Shown piece by piece: positions 14,001-29,000 of a DNA stretch of 64,000 bases. Both the position numbers and the translations under genes were made by a program. Each line of letters starts with the position of its first letter. Position 1 is the stretch's first letter. The DNA is from the human T2T-CHM13v2.0 reference genome, Homo sapiens. The stretch lies in the NCBI RefSeq assembly GCF_009914755.1, contig NC_060936.1, one strand, 5' to 3'. The notes below the pieces were generated by a model that was given only the letters and a program-made list of their open reading frames with translations, ran no database searches and had not been told where the DNA came from.

Positions 14001-17000
14001 TTATCTGTGAAACTGCTTTGTGACGTGTAGATTCAGTCCACAGAGTTAAACCTTTTTGTTTGTTTGTTTCAGCAGTTTGGAAACACTCCTTTTGTATGTA
14101 GAATCAGCAGAGGGACATTTCAGAGCACAGTAAGTCTTATCATGAAAAACAGAATATCTCGAGATAAAAACTAGAATGAAGCTATCTGTGAAACTGCTTT
14201 GTGATGTCTGCATTCAGCTCACAGAATTAAACCTTTCCTTTTATTCTTCAGTTTGGAAAAACTTTTTTTATAGAATCTGCAAAGAGACATTTCAAAGCCC
14301 ACTTGGCCTATAGTGAAAAACCTAATATCCCACAAAATGTTATGTATGAAACTGCTTTTTAATGTCTACATTCAGCTCACAGAGTTAAACATTTCTTTTG
14401 AGTCATCAAGTTGGAAACACCCTTGTTGTATAAACTGTGAAGGTACATTTCAAAGGGCCATAAGGCCTATAGTGAAAAACTGAATAGGCTGTGATAAAAT
14501 CTTGAAAGATGCTATTTGTGACTGCTTTGTGATGCCTGCATTCAGCCCACAGAGTTAAATCTTTCCTTTTATTCATCAGTTTGGAAACTGTTTTTTGTAG
14601 AATCTTTGAAGGGGCATTTTGGAGCCCACCAGACCCTTTGTGAAAATCCTAATATCCCCAGATAAAAACTGGAAATAAGCTATCTGTGAAACTGCTTTTT
14701 TATGTGTGGTTTCATCTGAGTTAAATCTTTCTTTTGATTCACCAGGTTGAAATCTCTCTTTTTGTAGAATCTGCAAAGGGACATTTCTGAGTGCAGTAAG
14801 CCCTAAGTGAAAAACTGAATATCCCTAGAAAAAAGCTTAAAAAATTATCTGTGAAACTGCTTTGTGATGTCTGCATTCAGCTGACAAAGTTAAACCTTTC
14901 TTTTTCTCAACCAGTTTGGAAAAACTCTTTTTGTAGAATCTACGAAGAGGCATATCAGAGTGCAGTGACTCCTATGATAAAAAAAATGAGTATCCTGCAA
15001 TAAAAACTAGAAACAAGCTGTCTGTGAAACTGCTTTGTGATGTATGGATTCAGCTAACAGAGTTCAACCTTCCTTTTGATTCAGCTGGTTGGAATCACTT
15101 TTTAAAAAATATGCGAATGGATATTTCAGAGCACTGTAAGGCCTTTAGTGAAAAACTGAATATCTCACAATAAAAATAAAAAGAAACTATCTGTGAAACT
15201 GCTATGTGATGTGTGCATTCAGCTCAAAGAGTTAAGCATTTCCTTTGATTCAGCAGTTTGGAAACACTCTTTTTGTAGAATCTTCAAAGGGACATTTCAG
15301 GGTGCAGAAAAGCCTATAGTGAAAAACCGAGTATCCTGCAATTAATACTAGAAAGTATCTATCTGCAAAACTGCTTTCTAATGTCTGCATTCAGCTCACC
15401 AAGTTAAAGCTTTCTATAAACTCAACAGTTTGGAAACAGCCTTTTTGTAGGATCTGTGAGGGGACATTTCTGAACCTACTAGGCCTATAGTGAAAATCAG
15501 AATATCCTGCTATGAAATCTAGAAGGATGCTATCTGGGAAACTGCTTTGTGATGTTTGGATTCAGCTCTCTGATTTACACCATTCTTTGATTCAGCAGTT
15601 TGGAAACACTCTTTTTGTAGAATCTGTGAAAGGGCATGTCAGAGCGCAAAAAGTCCTACAGTGGAAAGCCAAATATCTGGCAATAAAAACTAGAAAAAAT
15701 TATCTGTGAAACTGCTTTGTGATGTGTGGATTCAGCTCAAAAAGTTAAACTTTCTTTTGATTCAGCAGTTTGAAGAAACTCTTTGTAGAATCCACGAAGA
15801 AGAAACATTTTGGAGGGCATTGAGGCCAAAAGAGAAAAACTGAATATCCTCCAATAAAAACTAGAAACAGACTATCTGTGAAACTGCTTTGTGATGTGTG
15901 GATTCAGCTCACAAAGCTAAACTTCCGTTTTGATTCAGCAGGTTGAAAACACTCTTTTTGCAGAAACTGTGATTGGATATTTGAGTGCATAGTAAGGCCT
16001 ATAGTGAAAAACTGAGTATCCCTAGATAAAAACTAGAAAGAATTTATCTTTGAAACTGCTTTCTGATGTCTCCCTTCAGCTCACAGAGTTATACCTTTCC
16101 TTTGATTCAGCAGTTTGGCAACACTCTTTTTGTAGAAACCACAAAAGGACTTTTCAGAGCCCACTAGGCCCATGTTAACAACTGAAAGAAGCTACCTGTG
16201 AAACTACTTTGTGATGTGTGGATTCAGCTCACAGAGTTGAACATTTCTTTTGTTTCATCACGTCAGAAACACTCTTTTTGTAGAATCTAAGAACTGACAT
16301 TGAAAAACCCACTGAGGCCTACAGTGAAATCTGAATATCTTTCAATAAAAACTAAAAAGAAACTATCTGTGAAACTGCTTCATGATGAGTGGATTCATCT
16401 CACAGAGTTAAAACTTTCTGTTGATTTGACAGGTTGGAAACATTCTTTTTGGAGAATCAGTGAAGGGAAATTTGGGAGCCCATTAGGGCTTATGGGAAAA
16501 AAAATTATCCCCAGATAAAAACTACAAAGAATCTATCTGTGAAACTACCTTGTGATGACTGCATTGAGCTGACAGAGTTAAACCTTTCTTTTCATTCAGC
16601 AGTTTGGAAACACTCTTTTTACAAAATCAGCAAAGGGACATTTCAAAGGGCATTGGGACCTATAGTGAAAAACTGAATATCCTACAATGAAAACTTGAAG
16701 GAAGCTATCTGTGAAACTGCTTTGTGATGTGTGGATTAAACTCACTTTGTTAAACTGTTCTTTTGATTTAGCAGTTTGGAAAAAATCCTTCTGTAGAATC
16801 TGCAAATGGACTTTTCAGAGCCCAGTAAGGACTGTAGTGAAAAACTGAATATCCCTAGATAAAAATAGAAAGAATTTATCTGTGAAACTGCTTTGTGATG
16901 TCTGCATTTAGCTCACAGAGTTAAAACTTTCTTTAGATTCAGCTAATTTCAAACACTCCTTTTGTAGAATCTGATAAGAGACATTTTGGAGAACAGTGAG

Positions 17001-20000
17001 ACCTGTAGCAAAAAAAAAAATATCCTGTGATGAAAACTAATAAGAAGCTATCTGTGAAACTCCTTTGTCATGTGTGGATTCAGCTCACAAACGTAAAACT
17101 TTCTTTTGATTCAACAGCTTGGAAACACCCTTTCATTTGAATTTCTGAAGGGACGTTTTGGAGCACAGTGAGGCCTATACAGAAAAACCTAATATCCTGC
17201 AATAAAAACTAGAAAGAATCTATCTGAGAAACTGCTTCATGATGTCTGAATTCAGCTCAAAGAGTTAAACCTGTCTTTTGACTCAGCAGTTTGAAAACAC
17301 TGTTTCAGTAGAATCTTCGAAGGGACATTTTTGAGCCCACTAGTCCTCTGGGGAAAAATCGAACATCTGTGAAACTGCTTTGTGATATCTGCATTCAGCT
17401 CACAGGGTTAAGCCTTTCTTTAATTCATGAGTTTGCAAACATACTTTTTGTAGAACCTGCAAAAAGACATTCCAGAGGACACTAAAACCTATAGTGAATA
17501 ACTGAACATCCTGCAATGAAAACTTAAAATAACCTGTCTGTGAAACTGCTTTGTGATGTGTGGATTCAGCTCACAGAGTTAAAAATTTCTTTTGACTCAG
17601 CACTTTGGAGACACTTTTTTGAAAAATCTGCAGATGGACATTTCAGAGAGCAGTAAGGCCTATAGTGAAAAACTGAACATCACACAATAAAAACTAGAAA
17701 GAAGCTATCTGTGAAACTGTGTTCTGATGTGGGCATCCAGCTCACTCTTTTTGTAGAATCTTCAAAGAGACATTTGACCCCAACGTGGACTATGGTGAAA
17801 AAAACGAATATTCCACAATAAAATATGAAAAAATGCTATCAGTGAAACTGCTTTGCTATGTGTGGATTCATCTCACAGAGTTAAACCTTTCTTTTGATTC
17901 AGTAGTTTGGAAACAATCTTTTTGTAGGATTTGCTGATGGACACTTTGGAGCAAGGTAAGGCCAATAGTGAAAAACTGAATATCCTGCAAAAAAAAAACT
18001 ACAAAAAACTTTACTGTGAAACTGCTTTGTGATGTGTGCATTCATCTCAAAGAGATAAACCATTCTTTTGATTCAGCAGTTTGGAAATATTCTTTTTGTA
18101 GGATCCACATAGAGACGTTTTAGAGAACAGTAAGGCCTATAGTTAAAAACTGAACATCCCACAATAAAAACTAGAAAAAAGTTATCTGTGAAACTGCTTT
18201 GTGATGTGTGGATTCATCTCACAGAGTTAAAACCTTTTTAAGATTCAGTAGTTTTGAAACTCTTTTTGGAGTATCTGTGAAGGGACATTTCTGAGGGCAT
18301 TGGTGCCTGTAGTGGAAAACCCAATATCCTGTGATAAAAACTTGAAAGAAGCTATCTGTAACATTGCTTTGTGATGTGTGGATTCAACTCACTGAGTTAA
18401 ACCATCCTTTTGATTCAGCAGTTTGGAAACACTCTTTTTGTATAATCTGTGAAGGGACATTTCTGAGTGAAGTAAGGCCTATAGTGAAAAACAGAATATC
18501 CTCACATTAAAACTAGGAAGAATGTATTTTTGAAACTGCTTTGTGATTTCTGCACTAAGCTCACAGCATTAAATCTTTCTTTTGATTCAGCAGTTTTGAG
18601 ACACTCTTTTTGCAGAATATGTGAAGGGACATTTCACAGCACAGTAAGGCTATAGTGAAAAACCAAATATCATGCGATGAAAACTAAAAGGAAGCTATCT
18701 GTGAAACTGCTTTGTGATGTGTGGATTCAGTTCATAGAGTTAAACCTTTCTTTGGATTCAGCAGTTTGGAAACACTCTTTTTGTAGAATCTGCTAAGGAA
18801 CATTTTGAAGCACAGTAAGGCCTATAGTGAAAAACACAATGTCCCACATTAAAAACTAGAAAGAAGCTATCTGTGAAACTGCCTTGTTTCTTGTAGAATC
18901 AACTCACAGACTTAAACCTTTCTTTTGATTCAGCAGTTTGGAAACAATCTTTTTGTAGGATTTGCTGATGGACACTTTGAAGCGTAGGAAGACCTATCAT
19001 GAAAAACTGAATATCCTGTGATAAAAATTAGAAAGAAGTTATCTGTGAAACTACTTTATGATGTCCATATTTGGCTCAAAGGTGTAAAAGTTCCTTTTGA
19101 TTCACCAGTTTTAAAACCCTCTTTTTGTAGAATCTATGAAGAAGCATTTCGGAGTGCAGTAAGGTCTATAGTGAGAAACAGAATATCCTGTGATAAAAAC
19201 TGGAAAGAAGTTATCTGTGAAACTGCTTTGTGATGTCTACATTTGGCTCACAGAGTTAAACCTTTCTTTTGATTAAGCAGTTTGAAAACTTTTTTTGTAG
19301 AATCTGCAAAGGGACATTCCAGAGCCCACAAGGGCTGTAGTGATAAATCAAATATCCCACAAAAAATCTAAACAGAATCTATCTTTGAAACTGCTCTGTG
19401 ATGTGGGAATTCAGCTCACAGAGTTAAACTTTTATTTTGGTTCAGCAGTTTGGAAACACTCTTTTTGTAGAGTCTGCGAAGGTACATTTTGAAGCAGAGT
19501 AAGGCTGATCATAAAAAACTGAATATCCCACAATGAAAACGAGAAAGAATTTATCTGTGAAACTGCTCTGTGATGTGTGAATTGAGCTCACAGAGTTAAA
19601 CCATACTTTTGAGTCCACAGTTTGGAAGCACTTTTTTTGTGGAATCTTTGAAGGGACATTTCAGAGCACATTGAGGCCTATAGTGGAAAACAGAATGTCC
19701 TGAGATAAAATCTAGAGGAAAGCTATCTGTGAAAAGGCTTTGTCATGTGTGGATTCAGCTCCAAGAGTTGAACCTTTCCTTTGATTCAGCAGTTCGGAAA
19801 TACTCTTTTTGTAAAATCTGCAAAGGGACATTTCAGAGTGCAGTGAGTCCTACACTGAAAACGGAATATCCTGCTAAACAACTAGAAAGAAGCTACCTGT
19901 GAAACTGCCTTGTGATGTGTGGATTCATCTCACACATTTAAACCTTTCTTTTCTTTCACCAGTTTGGAAACACTCTTTTTGTAGAATCTGCAAAAGGACA

Positions 20001-23000
20001 TTTAGAATTCCATTTTGCTTATAGAGAAAAGCAGAATACCTCACAATAAAATCTAGAAAGAAGGCATCTATGAAACTGCTTTTTGTTGTGTGGATACAGT
20101 TCACAGAGTTAAACCCTTCTTTTGATTCAGCAGGTTACATACAGTGTTTTTGCAGAATCTGTGAAGGACCATTTAAAAGAACAAAAAGGCCTATAGTGAA
20201 AACTGAATATCCCATGATAAAAACTAAAAGGAAACTATCTGTGAAACTACGTTGTGATGTGTGGCTTCAGCTCACAGGGTTAAACCATTTTTTTTTTTTA
20301 ATTCAGTGGTTTGGAAACAGTCTTTTTGCAGAATCTGTGTAGGGATATTTCAGAGCACAGTAAGGCCTATAGTGAAAAACCAAATATCCTGTGATAAAAA
20401 CTAGAAAGAAGCTATCTGTGAAAATGCTTGTCAAGCCTCCATTCAACACACAAGGTTAAGCCTTTCTTTTGATTCAGCAGTTTGGAAACTCTCTTTGTGT
20501 AGAATCTGTGAAGGGACATTTCAAGACCCCTAGGCCTCTAGTGAAAAAGTGAACATCCCATGATAAAATCTAGAAAGAAGCTATATGAGAAAGTATTTTG
20601 CAATTTGTGGATTCAGCTCAAAAAATAAACCATTTTTTGGATGCTGCAGTTTGGAAACACTTTTTTTGTAGAATCTGCAAAGGGACATTTCAGGGTGCTC
20701 TCAGGCCTATAGTGAGAAACTGAATATTCCTAGATAAAAACTAGAAAAAGTTTATCATTGAAACTGCTTCCTGAGGTGTGCATTCAACTCACAGATTTAA
20801 ACATTATTTTGATTCATCAGTTAGGAAACATTCTTTTTGTAGAATCTCTGAAGAGACCTTTTGGAGCACAGTGAACCCCATAATGATAAAGTGAATATCC
20901 CATGATAAAAAGTAGAAAGAAGCTATCTTTGAAATGCTTTGTGATGTGTGCTTTCAGCTCAAAAGAATTAAACCGTTCTTTTGACTCAGCAGTTTGGAAA
21001 CACTCTTTTTGTAGAATATGTGAAGAGACATTTCTGAGTGCAGTAAGGTCTATAGTGAAAAACCAATTATCCCACAATAAAAACTAGAAAGAAGATAGCT
21101 GTGAGTCTGCTATGTGATGTGTGCATTCAGTTCACAAAGTTAAACCTTTCTTTTCATTCAGCAGTTTGGAAAAACTCCTTTTGTAGAATCTGTGAATGGA
21201 CATTTTTGAGGACATTGAGGCCTATAGTGAAAAAGAGAATAGCCTGTGAAAATAATTAGTAAGAAGAAGCTATGTGAAACTGCTTTGTGATGTGTGGATT
21301 CATCTCACAGAGTTAAGCCTCTCTCTTGATTCAGTAGTTGGAAACACTCTTCTTGCAGAATATATGAAGGGACATTTCAGAAAAAAATAAAATCTATAGT
21401 GAAAAACAAAATATCCCATGATAAAAAACAAAAAGAAGCTATATGCAAAACTGCTTTGTGATGTGTGCATTCAGTTCACAAATTTAGACCTATCTTTGAT
21501 TCAACAGTTTGGAAATACTGTTTGTAGAATCTGCAAAGTGACATTTCAGAGTGCAGTAAGGACTGTAAAAAAAAATGAATATCCCGTGTAAAAATTAGGA
21601 AGAAGCTATCTGTGAAACTGCTTTGTGATGTCTACATTCAGCTCACAGTGTTAAAACTTTCTTTTGATTCAGCAGTTTGGAAACACTCATTTTTTAGGAT
21701 CTGCAAAGGGACATTTTGGACCCCAGTGGACCTATAGTGAAATACAGAATATCCTGTGATAAAATCCAGAAATAATCTATCTGTTAACCTGCTTTGTGAT
21801 ATGCAGATTCACCTCACAAAGTTAAACTGTTCCTTTGATTTAGCAGCTCATAAACACTCTTTGTAGAATCAGAGAAGGGATATTTTGGAGCTCAATAAGA
21901 CCTATAGTGAAAAACAAAAGATCTCCAGACAAAAATTAGAAAAAGTTATCTGTGAAACTGCTTTCTGGCGTATGCATTCAGCTCACAGAGTTAAACCTTA
22001 CTTTTGGTTTTGATTTTGTATAATTTGGAAGGTATTGAGGCCTGTAGTAAAAAATTGAATATCTCATGATAAAAACTTAAAAGATGTTACCTGTGGAACT
22101 GCTTTATGCTGTCTGGATGCAGCTCACAGAGGTAAACCTTTCTTTTCATTCAGCAGTTTGGAAACTCTTTTTTTAGAACATGCAAAGGGACATTTTGGTG
22201 GACATTGAGAACTATAGTAAAAAACCTAGTAGCCTGCAATAAAAACTAGTAAAAACTCTGTGTGAAAATGCTGTGTGATGTGTGGATTCAGCTTACAAAG
22301 TTAAGCGTTTCCTTTGGTTCAGCAGGGTGGAAGCACTCTTTTTCTAAAATATGCAAAAGGACATTTCAGAGCACAGTAAGGCCAATAGTAAAAAACAAAA
22401 GATCTAGAGATAAAAACAAAAAGAAGCTATCTGCACAACTGTTTTGTGATGTGTGCGTTCAGTTGAAATAGTTAAAGCTTTCTGTTGATTCAGCAGTTTG
22501 AAAACATACTTTTTGAAAAATCTGCAAAGGATCATTTCAGAGACAACCAGGCCGATAGTGTAAAATCGACTGTCTCACCATAAAATCTTAAAGAAGCTAT
22601 CTGTGATATTTCTTTTGTGATGTCTCAACTCAGCTCACAGAATTAAACCTTTCCTTTGATTCACATATTGGAAACACTCCTTTTGTGAAATCTGCTGAAA
22701 GATATTTTGGAGTACAGTAAGACATACAGTGAAAAACCGAATATCCCATGACAGAAGCTAAAAATACACTATCTGTGAAGCTGCTTTGTGATATCTGCAT
22801 TCAACTCACAGAATTAAACCTTTGTTTTGATTCAGCAGTTTGGAAACACTCTTTTGTAAAATCTGTAAAGGGATATTTCAGAGACAACTAGGCCTATAGT
22901 AAAAAACCTAATATCTCACAATAAAATCTAGAAAGAAGGTATCTGAAACTGCTTTGTGATGGGTGGATTCAGCTCAAAGAGTTAAACTTTTCTTTTGATT

Positions 23001-26000
23001 CAGGAGGTTTCAAACACTCTTTTTGGGGAACCTGAGAAGAGACATTTCGGACCACAATAAGGATTTTAGTGAAAAACTGAATATCGCTGATAAAAACCAA
23101 ACAAAAGTTATCTGTGAAACTGCTTTATGATGTCTGCATTCACCTCACAGAGCCAAATCTTTCTTTTGACTCACCAGTTTTGAAACACACTTTTTCTAGG
23201 ATCTGCAAAGAGACATTTTGGAGTGCAGTGAGGCCTATAGTGAAAAACAGAATAGCTCGTGATAAAAACTAGAAAGAAGCTGTCTGTGAAACTGCTTTGT
23301 AATATCTGCATTTGTCTCACAAAGTTAAACCTTCTTTTGATTCAGCAGTTTGGAAAAATAAATTTTTGTAGGATCTGCAAGGAATATTTTGGAGCCTACT
23401 AAGTCTATAGTGAAAATCTAAATATCTTGTGATTAAAACTAGAAAGAAGCTATCTGTGAAACTGCTCTGTGATGTATAGATTCAGTTCACTGAGTTAAAA
23501 CTTTCTTTTGATTCAGCAGATTGGAAACACTCTATTTGTAGAAACTGTAAAAGGACATTTCAGAGTGCAGTAAGGCCTATAGTAAAAGACCAAATATGCC
23601 TAGATAATAACTAGAAATAAGTTATGTAAAACCGCTATGTGGTTTCTGCATTTAGCTCACAAAGGTAAACCTTTCTTTTGATTCAGCAGATTGGAAACAC
23701 TTTTTTTGTAGAAGAGATGTTTCAGACCACAGTGAAGTTTATAGTGAAAAACCAAATATCTTGCAATGAAAAACTAGAAAGAAGCTATGTGTGAAACTGC
23801 TTGGTGATGAGAAGACTCAGCTTGCAGAGTTAAATCTTTCTTTTGATTCAGGAGATTGGAAACACTATTTTTTGTAGAATATGCGAGAAAACATTACAGA
23901 GCACAGTGAGCCCTATAGTGAAAAACAGAATATCTTACAATAAAAACTAAAAAGAAGCTATCTGTGAAACTGCTTTGTGATGTGTGGAGTCAGATCACAG
24001 AGTTATATCTTTATTTTGACTCAGCAGTTTGGAAAAACTCTTTTTGTAGGATCAGCTAAGGGAAATTTCAGAGTGCAGTAATGCCTGTATTGAAAAACCG
24101 AATATCTCACCAGAAAAGCTAAAAAGAAGCTATCTGTGAAACTGCTTTGTGATGTGTGGACTCAGCTCACAGAATTAAACCTGTCTTTTGATTCAAAAGG
24201 TTGGAAACACTCTTTGTAGAATATGCAAATGGATATTTCAGAGCATATTATGGCCTATAGTGCAAAATAGAATATCCCAAGATAATAATTAAAAAGAAGC
24301 TATGTGAGAAACTGCTTTGTAATGTGGGGATTCAGCTCACAGAGTTAAACATCTCTTTTATTTCAGCAGTTTGCAAACACTCTTTTTGTAGAATCTGCTA
24401 AAGGACATTTCAGAGCACAGTAAGGCCTATAGTGAAAAACTGAATATACTGTGATAAAAACAAGAAAGAAGCAATCTGTGCAACTGCTTTGTGTTGTCTG
24501 CATTTAGGTCACAGTGTTAACCCTTTCTTTTGATTCAGAATTTTGGAAGTACTCTTTTTGTAAAATCTGTGAAGGGGCATTTCTGAGATCACTAAGCCTA
24601 TAGTGAAAAACCAAATACCTTGCAATACAATATCAAAAGAAACTATCTGAGAAACTACTTTGTGATGTGATGTGTGGATTCAGCTCACAAAGTTAAACTG
24701 TTCTTTTCATTCAGCAGTTTGGAAACACTCTTGTAGAATCTGCTACAAGACATTTTGGAGCACAGTAAGGCCTATAGTGAAAAACCGAATATCCCTAGAT
24801 AAAAAGTAGAAAGAAGTTATCATAGAACTTCTTTCTGATGTGCACATTCAGCTCACTGAGTTAAACCTTACTTTTGATTCAGCAGTTTGGAGACACTCTT
24901 TTTGTAGAATCTGTGAAGGGACATTTTGGAGGTCATTGAGGCCTATATTGAAAAACTGAATATCCTGTGATGAAATCTACAAAGAAGTTATCTGTGAAAC
25001 TGCTTTGTGATGTGTGGATTCAGCTCACAGAGTGAAACCATTTTTTTCATTCAGCAGTTTGGATAAACTCCTTTTGTAGAATCTTCGAAGGGACACATCA
25101 TAGCAAAGCAATGCCTATAGTGAAAAACCAATTTTCCTGCAATAAAAACTAGAGAAGTTATCTGTGAATCTGCTTTGTGATGTGTGCATTCAGCTCACAG
25201 AGATAAACCTTTATTATTATTCAGCATTTTGGAAACACTCTTTTTGTAGAATCTACAAAGGCACATTTCAGAGGACATTGAGGCCTATAGTGAAAAACTG
25301 AATAGCCCGTGATAAAAACTAGCAAGAAACTATCTGTGAAACCGCTTTGTGATGTATGGATTCAGCTTCCAGAGTTAAAACTTTCTTTTAATTCAGCAGT
25401 TTGGAAACGCTCTATTTGTAGAATCTGCTAAGGGACATTTCAGAGCACATTAAGTCTTATAGTAAAAAACCCAATATCCCGTGATAAAAATTAGGAAGAA
25501 GCTATCTGTGAAACTTTTTTGTGATGTCTGCATTCAGATCACAGGGTTAAACCTTTCTTTTGATTCAACTCTTGGAAATACTCTTTTTGTAGAATCTGTG
25601 AAGGGACATTTCAGAGGCCACTAGGCCTATAGTGAAAAACTGAATATCCCATGAAAAAAAAACAGAAAGAAGCTAACTGAAACTGCTTTGTGATATGTGG
25701 ATTAAGTTCACAGAATTCATCTTTTCTTTTGATTCAAGCAGTTTGGAAACACTCTTTTTGTAGAATCTGTGAAGGGACATTTCAGAGCTCAGTAAGGCCT
25801 ATAGTGAAAAACCAATTATCTCATGATAAAAACTGGGAAGATGTTGTCTGTAAAACTGCTTTGTGATGTTGGCATTCAGCTCACAGGTTAAACTTTTCTT
25901 TTTATTCAGCAGTTTGTGAATACTCATTACATAGAATCTGTGGAGAGACATTTCGGAGTGCAGTGAGGCCTACAGTGAAAAACTGAATAGCTAGGGATAA

Positions 26001-29000
26001 ACACTAGAAAGAAGCTATCTGTGAAACTGCTTTGGATTGTGTAGATTCAGCCCACAGAGTTAACCTTTCTTTTGATTCAGCAGTTTGGAAACACTCTTTT
26101 CATAGAATCTGCAAAGGGACATTTCACAGCCCCCTAGCCCTATAGTGAAAAACCGATATCTCTTGATAATATCTAGAAATAAGCTTTCTGTGAAACTACT
26201 TTGTGATGTGTGGTTTCAGCTCACAGAGTTAAACCTTTCTTTTGATTCTGCAGGTAGGAAACCCTCTTTTTTTTAGAATATGCAAAGGGCCATTTCAGAG
26301 CACAAGTCCTGTAGTGAAAACCTGAATGTCCCATGAAAAAAACTAAAAAGAAGCTATCTGTGAAATGGCTTTGTGATGTATAAGTTCAGCTCAGAGAGCT
26401 AAACTTTTTTTTTTTTTTTGATTCAGCAGTTTGGAAACACTCTGTACAATTTGCTAAGGGACATTTCAGAGTGCAGTAAGGCTTATTGTGAAAAATCAAA
26501 TATCTCATGATAAAAACTAGAAAGAAGTTATCTGTGAAATTGCTTTGTGAAGTCTGCATTCAGCTCACAGGTAAACCATTCTTTTTATTCAGCAGTTTGG
26601 AAACACTCCTTATGTAGAATCTGTGAAGAAACATTTCAAAGCACAGTAAGGCTTATAGTAAAAAACTGAATATCCTGCAATAAAAACTAGAAATAAGCTA
26701 TCTGTGAAACTGCTTTGTCATGTGTATATTCAGCTCACATAGTTAAGTCTTTCTATTGATTCAGCAGATTGGAAACATTCTTTTTGTAGACTATGCAAAG
26801 GGATGTTTCAGAGCACAATAAGGCCTATAGTGATAACAGAATATCCCACAATAAGAACTGTAAAAAAGCTTTCTGTGTAACTTCTTTGTGTTGTGTGTAT
26901 TTAGCTCACAGAGCTAAACCTTTCTTTTGATTCAGCAGTTTGGAAACACTCTTTTTGTGGATTGGGTAGTGGGACATTTCAGAGCCCACTATGCCCTATA
27001 GTGAAAAACTGAATATCTTGAGACAAAACCCAGAAAGATGCTATCTGTGAAACTGCTTTGTTATGTCTGCATTCAGCTTACAGAGTTAAACCTTTCTTTT
27101 TATTCCTCAGTTGGGAAACACTCTTTTGGTAGAATCTAAGAGGAGACATTTCAGAGCCCACCATACCTATAGGAAAAAATTGAATACCTTGTAATAAAAT
27201 CTAGAAAGAAGCTATCTGTGAAACTGAATTGTGAAGTGTGGATTCAGCTCACAGAGTTGAACCGTTTTTTGATTCAGCAGTTTTGAAACACTCTTTTTGT
27301 AGAATCAGTGAAGGGACATTTTTGTGCACAGTAAGGCCTATAGTGAAAAACAGAATATTCCATGATAAAAACTAGAAGGAAGAAATCTGGGAAAATGCTT
27401 TGTGATGTGTGCATTCAACTCACAGAGTTAAACCTTTCTTTTGATTCAGCAGTTTGGAAGCACTCTTTTTGTAGAATCTGTGAAGGAACATTTGGGAGGG
27501 CATTGAGGCCTATAGTGAAACATTGAATATTTCTCGATAAAAACTTGAAAGAAAATCTCTGTGAAACTGCTTTGTGAGGTGTGGATTCAGTTCACAGTGT
27601 CAAACCTTTATTTTGATTCAGCAGTTTGGAAACACTGTTTTTGTAGAATCTGCGAGAGACATTTCAAAGCGCAGTAAAGTCTATAGTGAAAAACAGATTA
27701 TCCCACAATAAAAACTATAAAGAAGTTATCTGTAACTCTGATTTGTGATGTGTGCATGCAGCTCACAGAGTTAAGCCATTCTTTCCATTCAGTGGTTTGG
27801 AAATACTGATTTTGTAGAATTTACCAAGGGACATTTCGGAGTACATTGAGGTCTACAGTAAAAACCAGAAAAGCCCGGGATAAAAACTAGTAACAAGCTG
27901 TCTGTGAAACTGCTTTGTGATGTGTGGATTCAGCTCACAGAGTAAAGCTTTTCTTTTGATGAGACAGGTTGGAAACACTCTTTTTGTAGAATCTTCTAAG
28001 GGACATTACAGAGCACAGTAAGACCCATAGTGAAAAACCGAATATTCCATGATGGAAACTACAAAAAAGCTATCTGTGAAACCGTGTTGTGATGACTGCA
28101 TTCACCTCACAGAGTTATACCTTTCTTTTGATTCAGCAGTTTGAAAACACTCTTTTTGGTGGATGGAATCTCCAAAGGGACTTTTTGGAGCCCAGTAGGC
28201 CTATATTGAAAAACTGAATATCCCATGATAAAATCCAGAAAGACAATGTCTGTGAAACTGCTTTGTTATGTGTGGATTCAGCTCAGAAACTTAAACTGTT
28301 GTTTTGATTCAGCTGTTTGGAAACACTGTTTTGTAGAATCCACAAATGGACATTTCAGAGTGCAGTAAGGCCTGTAGTGAAAAACAGTATATCTCTAGAT
28401 AAAAACTAGAAAGAAGTTATCTGTGAAACTGCGTTGTGATGTGTGCATTCAGCTCATAGAGTTAAACATTACTTTTAATTCAGCAGTTTGAAAAAACACT
28501 TTTTGTATAATCTGCATAGGGACATTTTGGAGGGTATGGAGGCCTATAGTGTAAAAAACAAATATCATGTGATAAAAACTTGAAAGAAGTTACCTGTGAA
28601 ACTGCTTTGTGATATGTGGATTCAGCTCACAGACGTAATCTTTTCTTTTGATTCAGCACTTTGGAAACACTCTTTTTGTAGAATCTGTGAAGAGACATTT
28701 CAGAGTGCAGTGAGCTCTACAGTGTGAAGCCAAATAGCCAGAAATAAAAACTAGAAAGAAGCTATCTGTGTAACTACTTTGTGATATGTGGATTCAGCTC
28801 CCAGAGTTACACTGTTCTTTAGATTCAGCAGTTTGGAAAAACTTTTTTCACAGAATCTGCGAACAGACATTTTTAAGTTCAATAAGGTCAACAGTGAAAA
28901 ACGGATTGTCCTGTGATAAAAATTAGAGATAATTTATCTGTGAATCTGCTTTGGGAAGTGTGCATTCGGCTCACACATTTAAACTTTTTTTTCATTCAGC

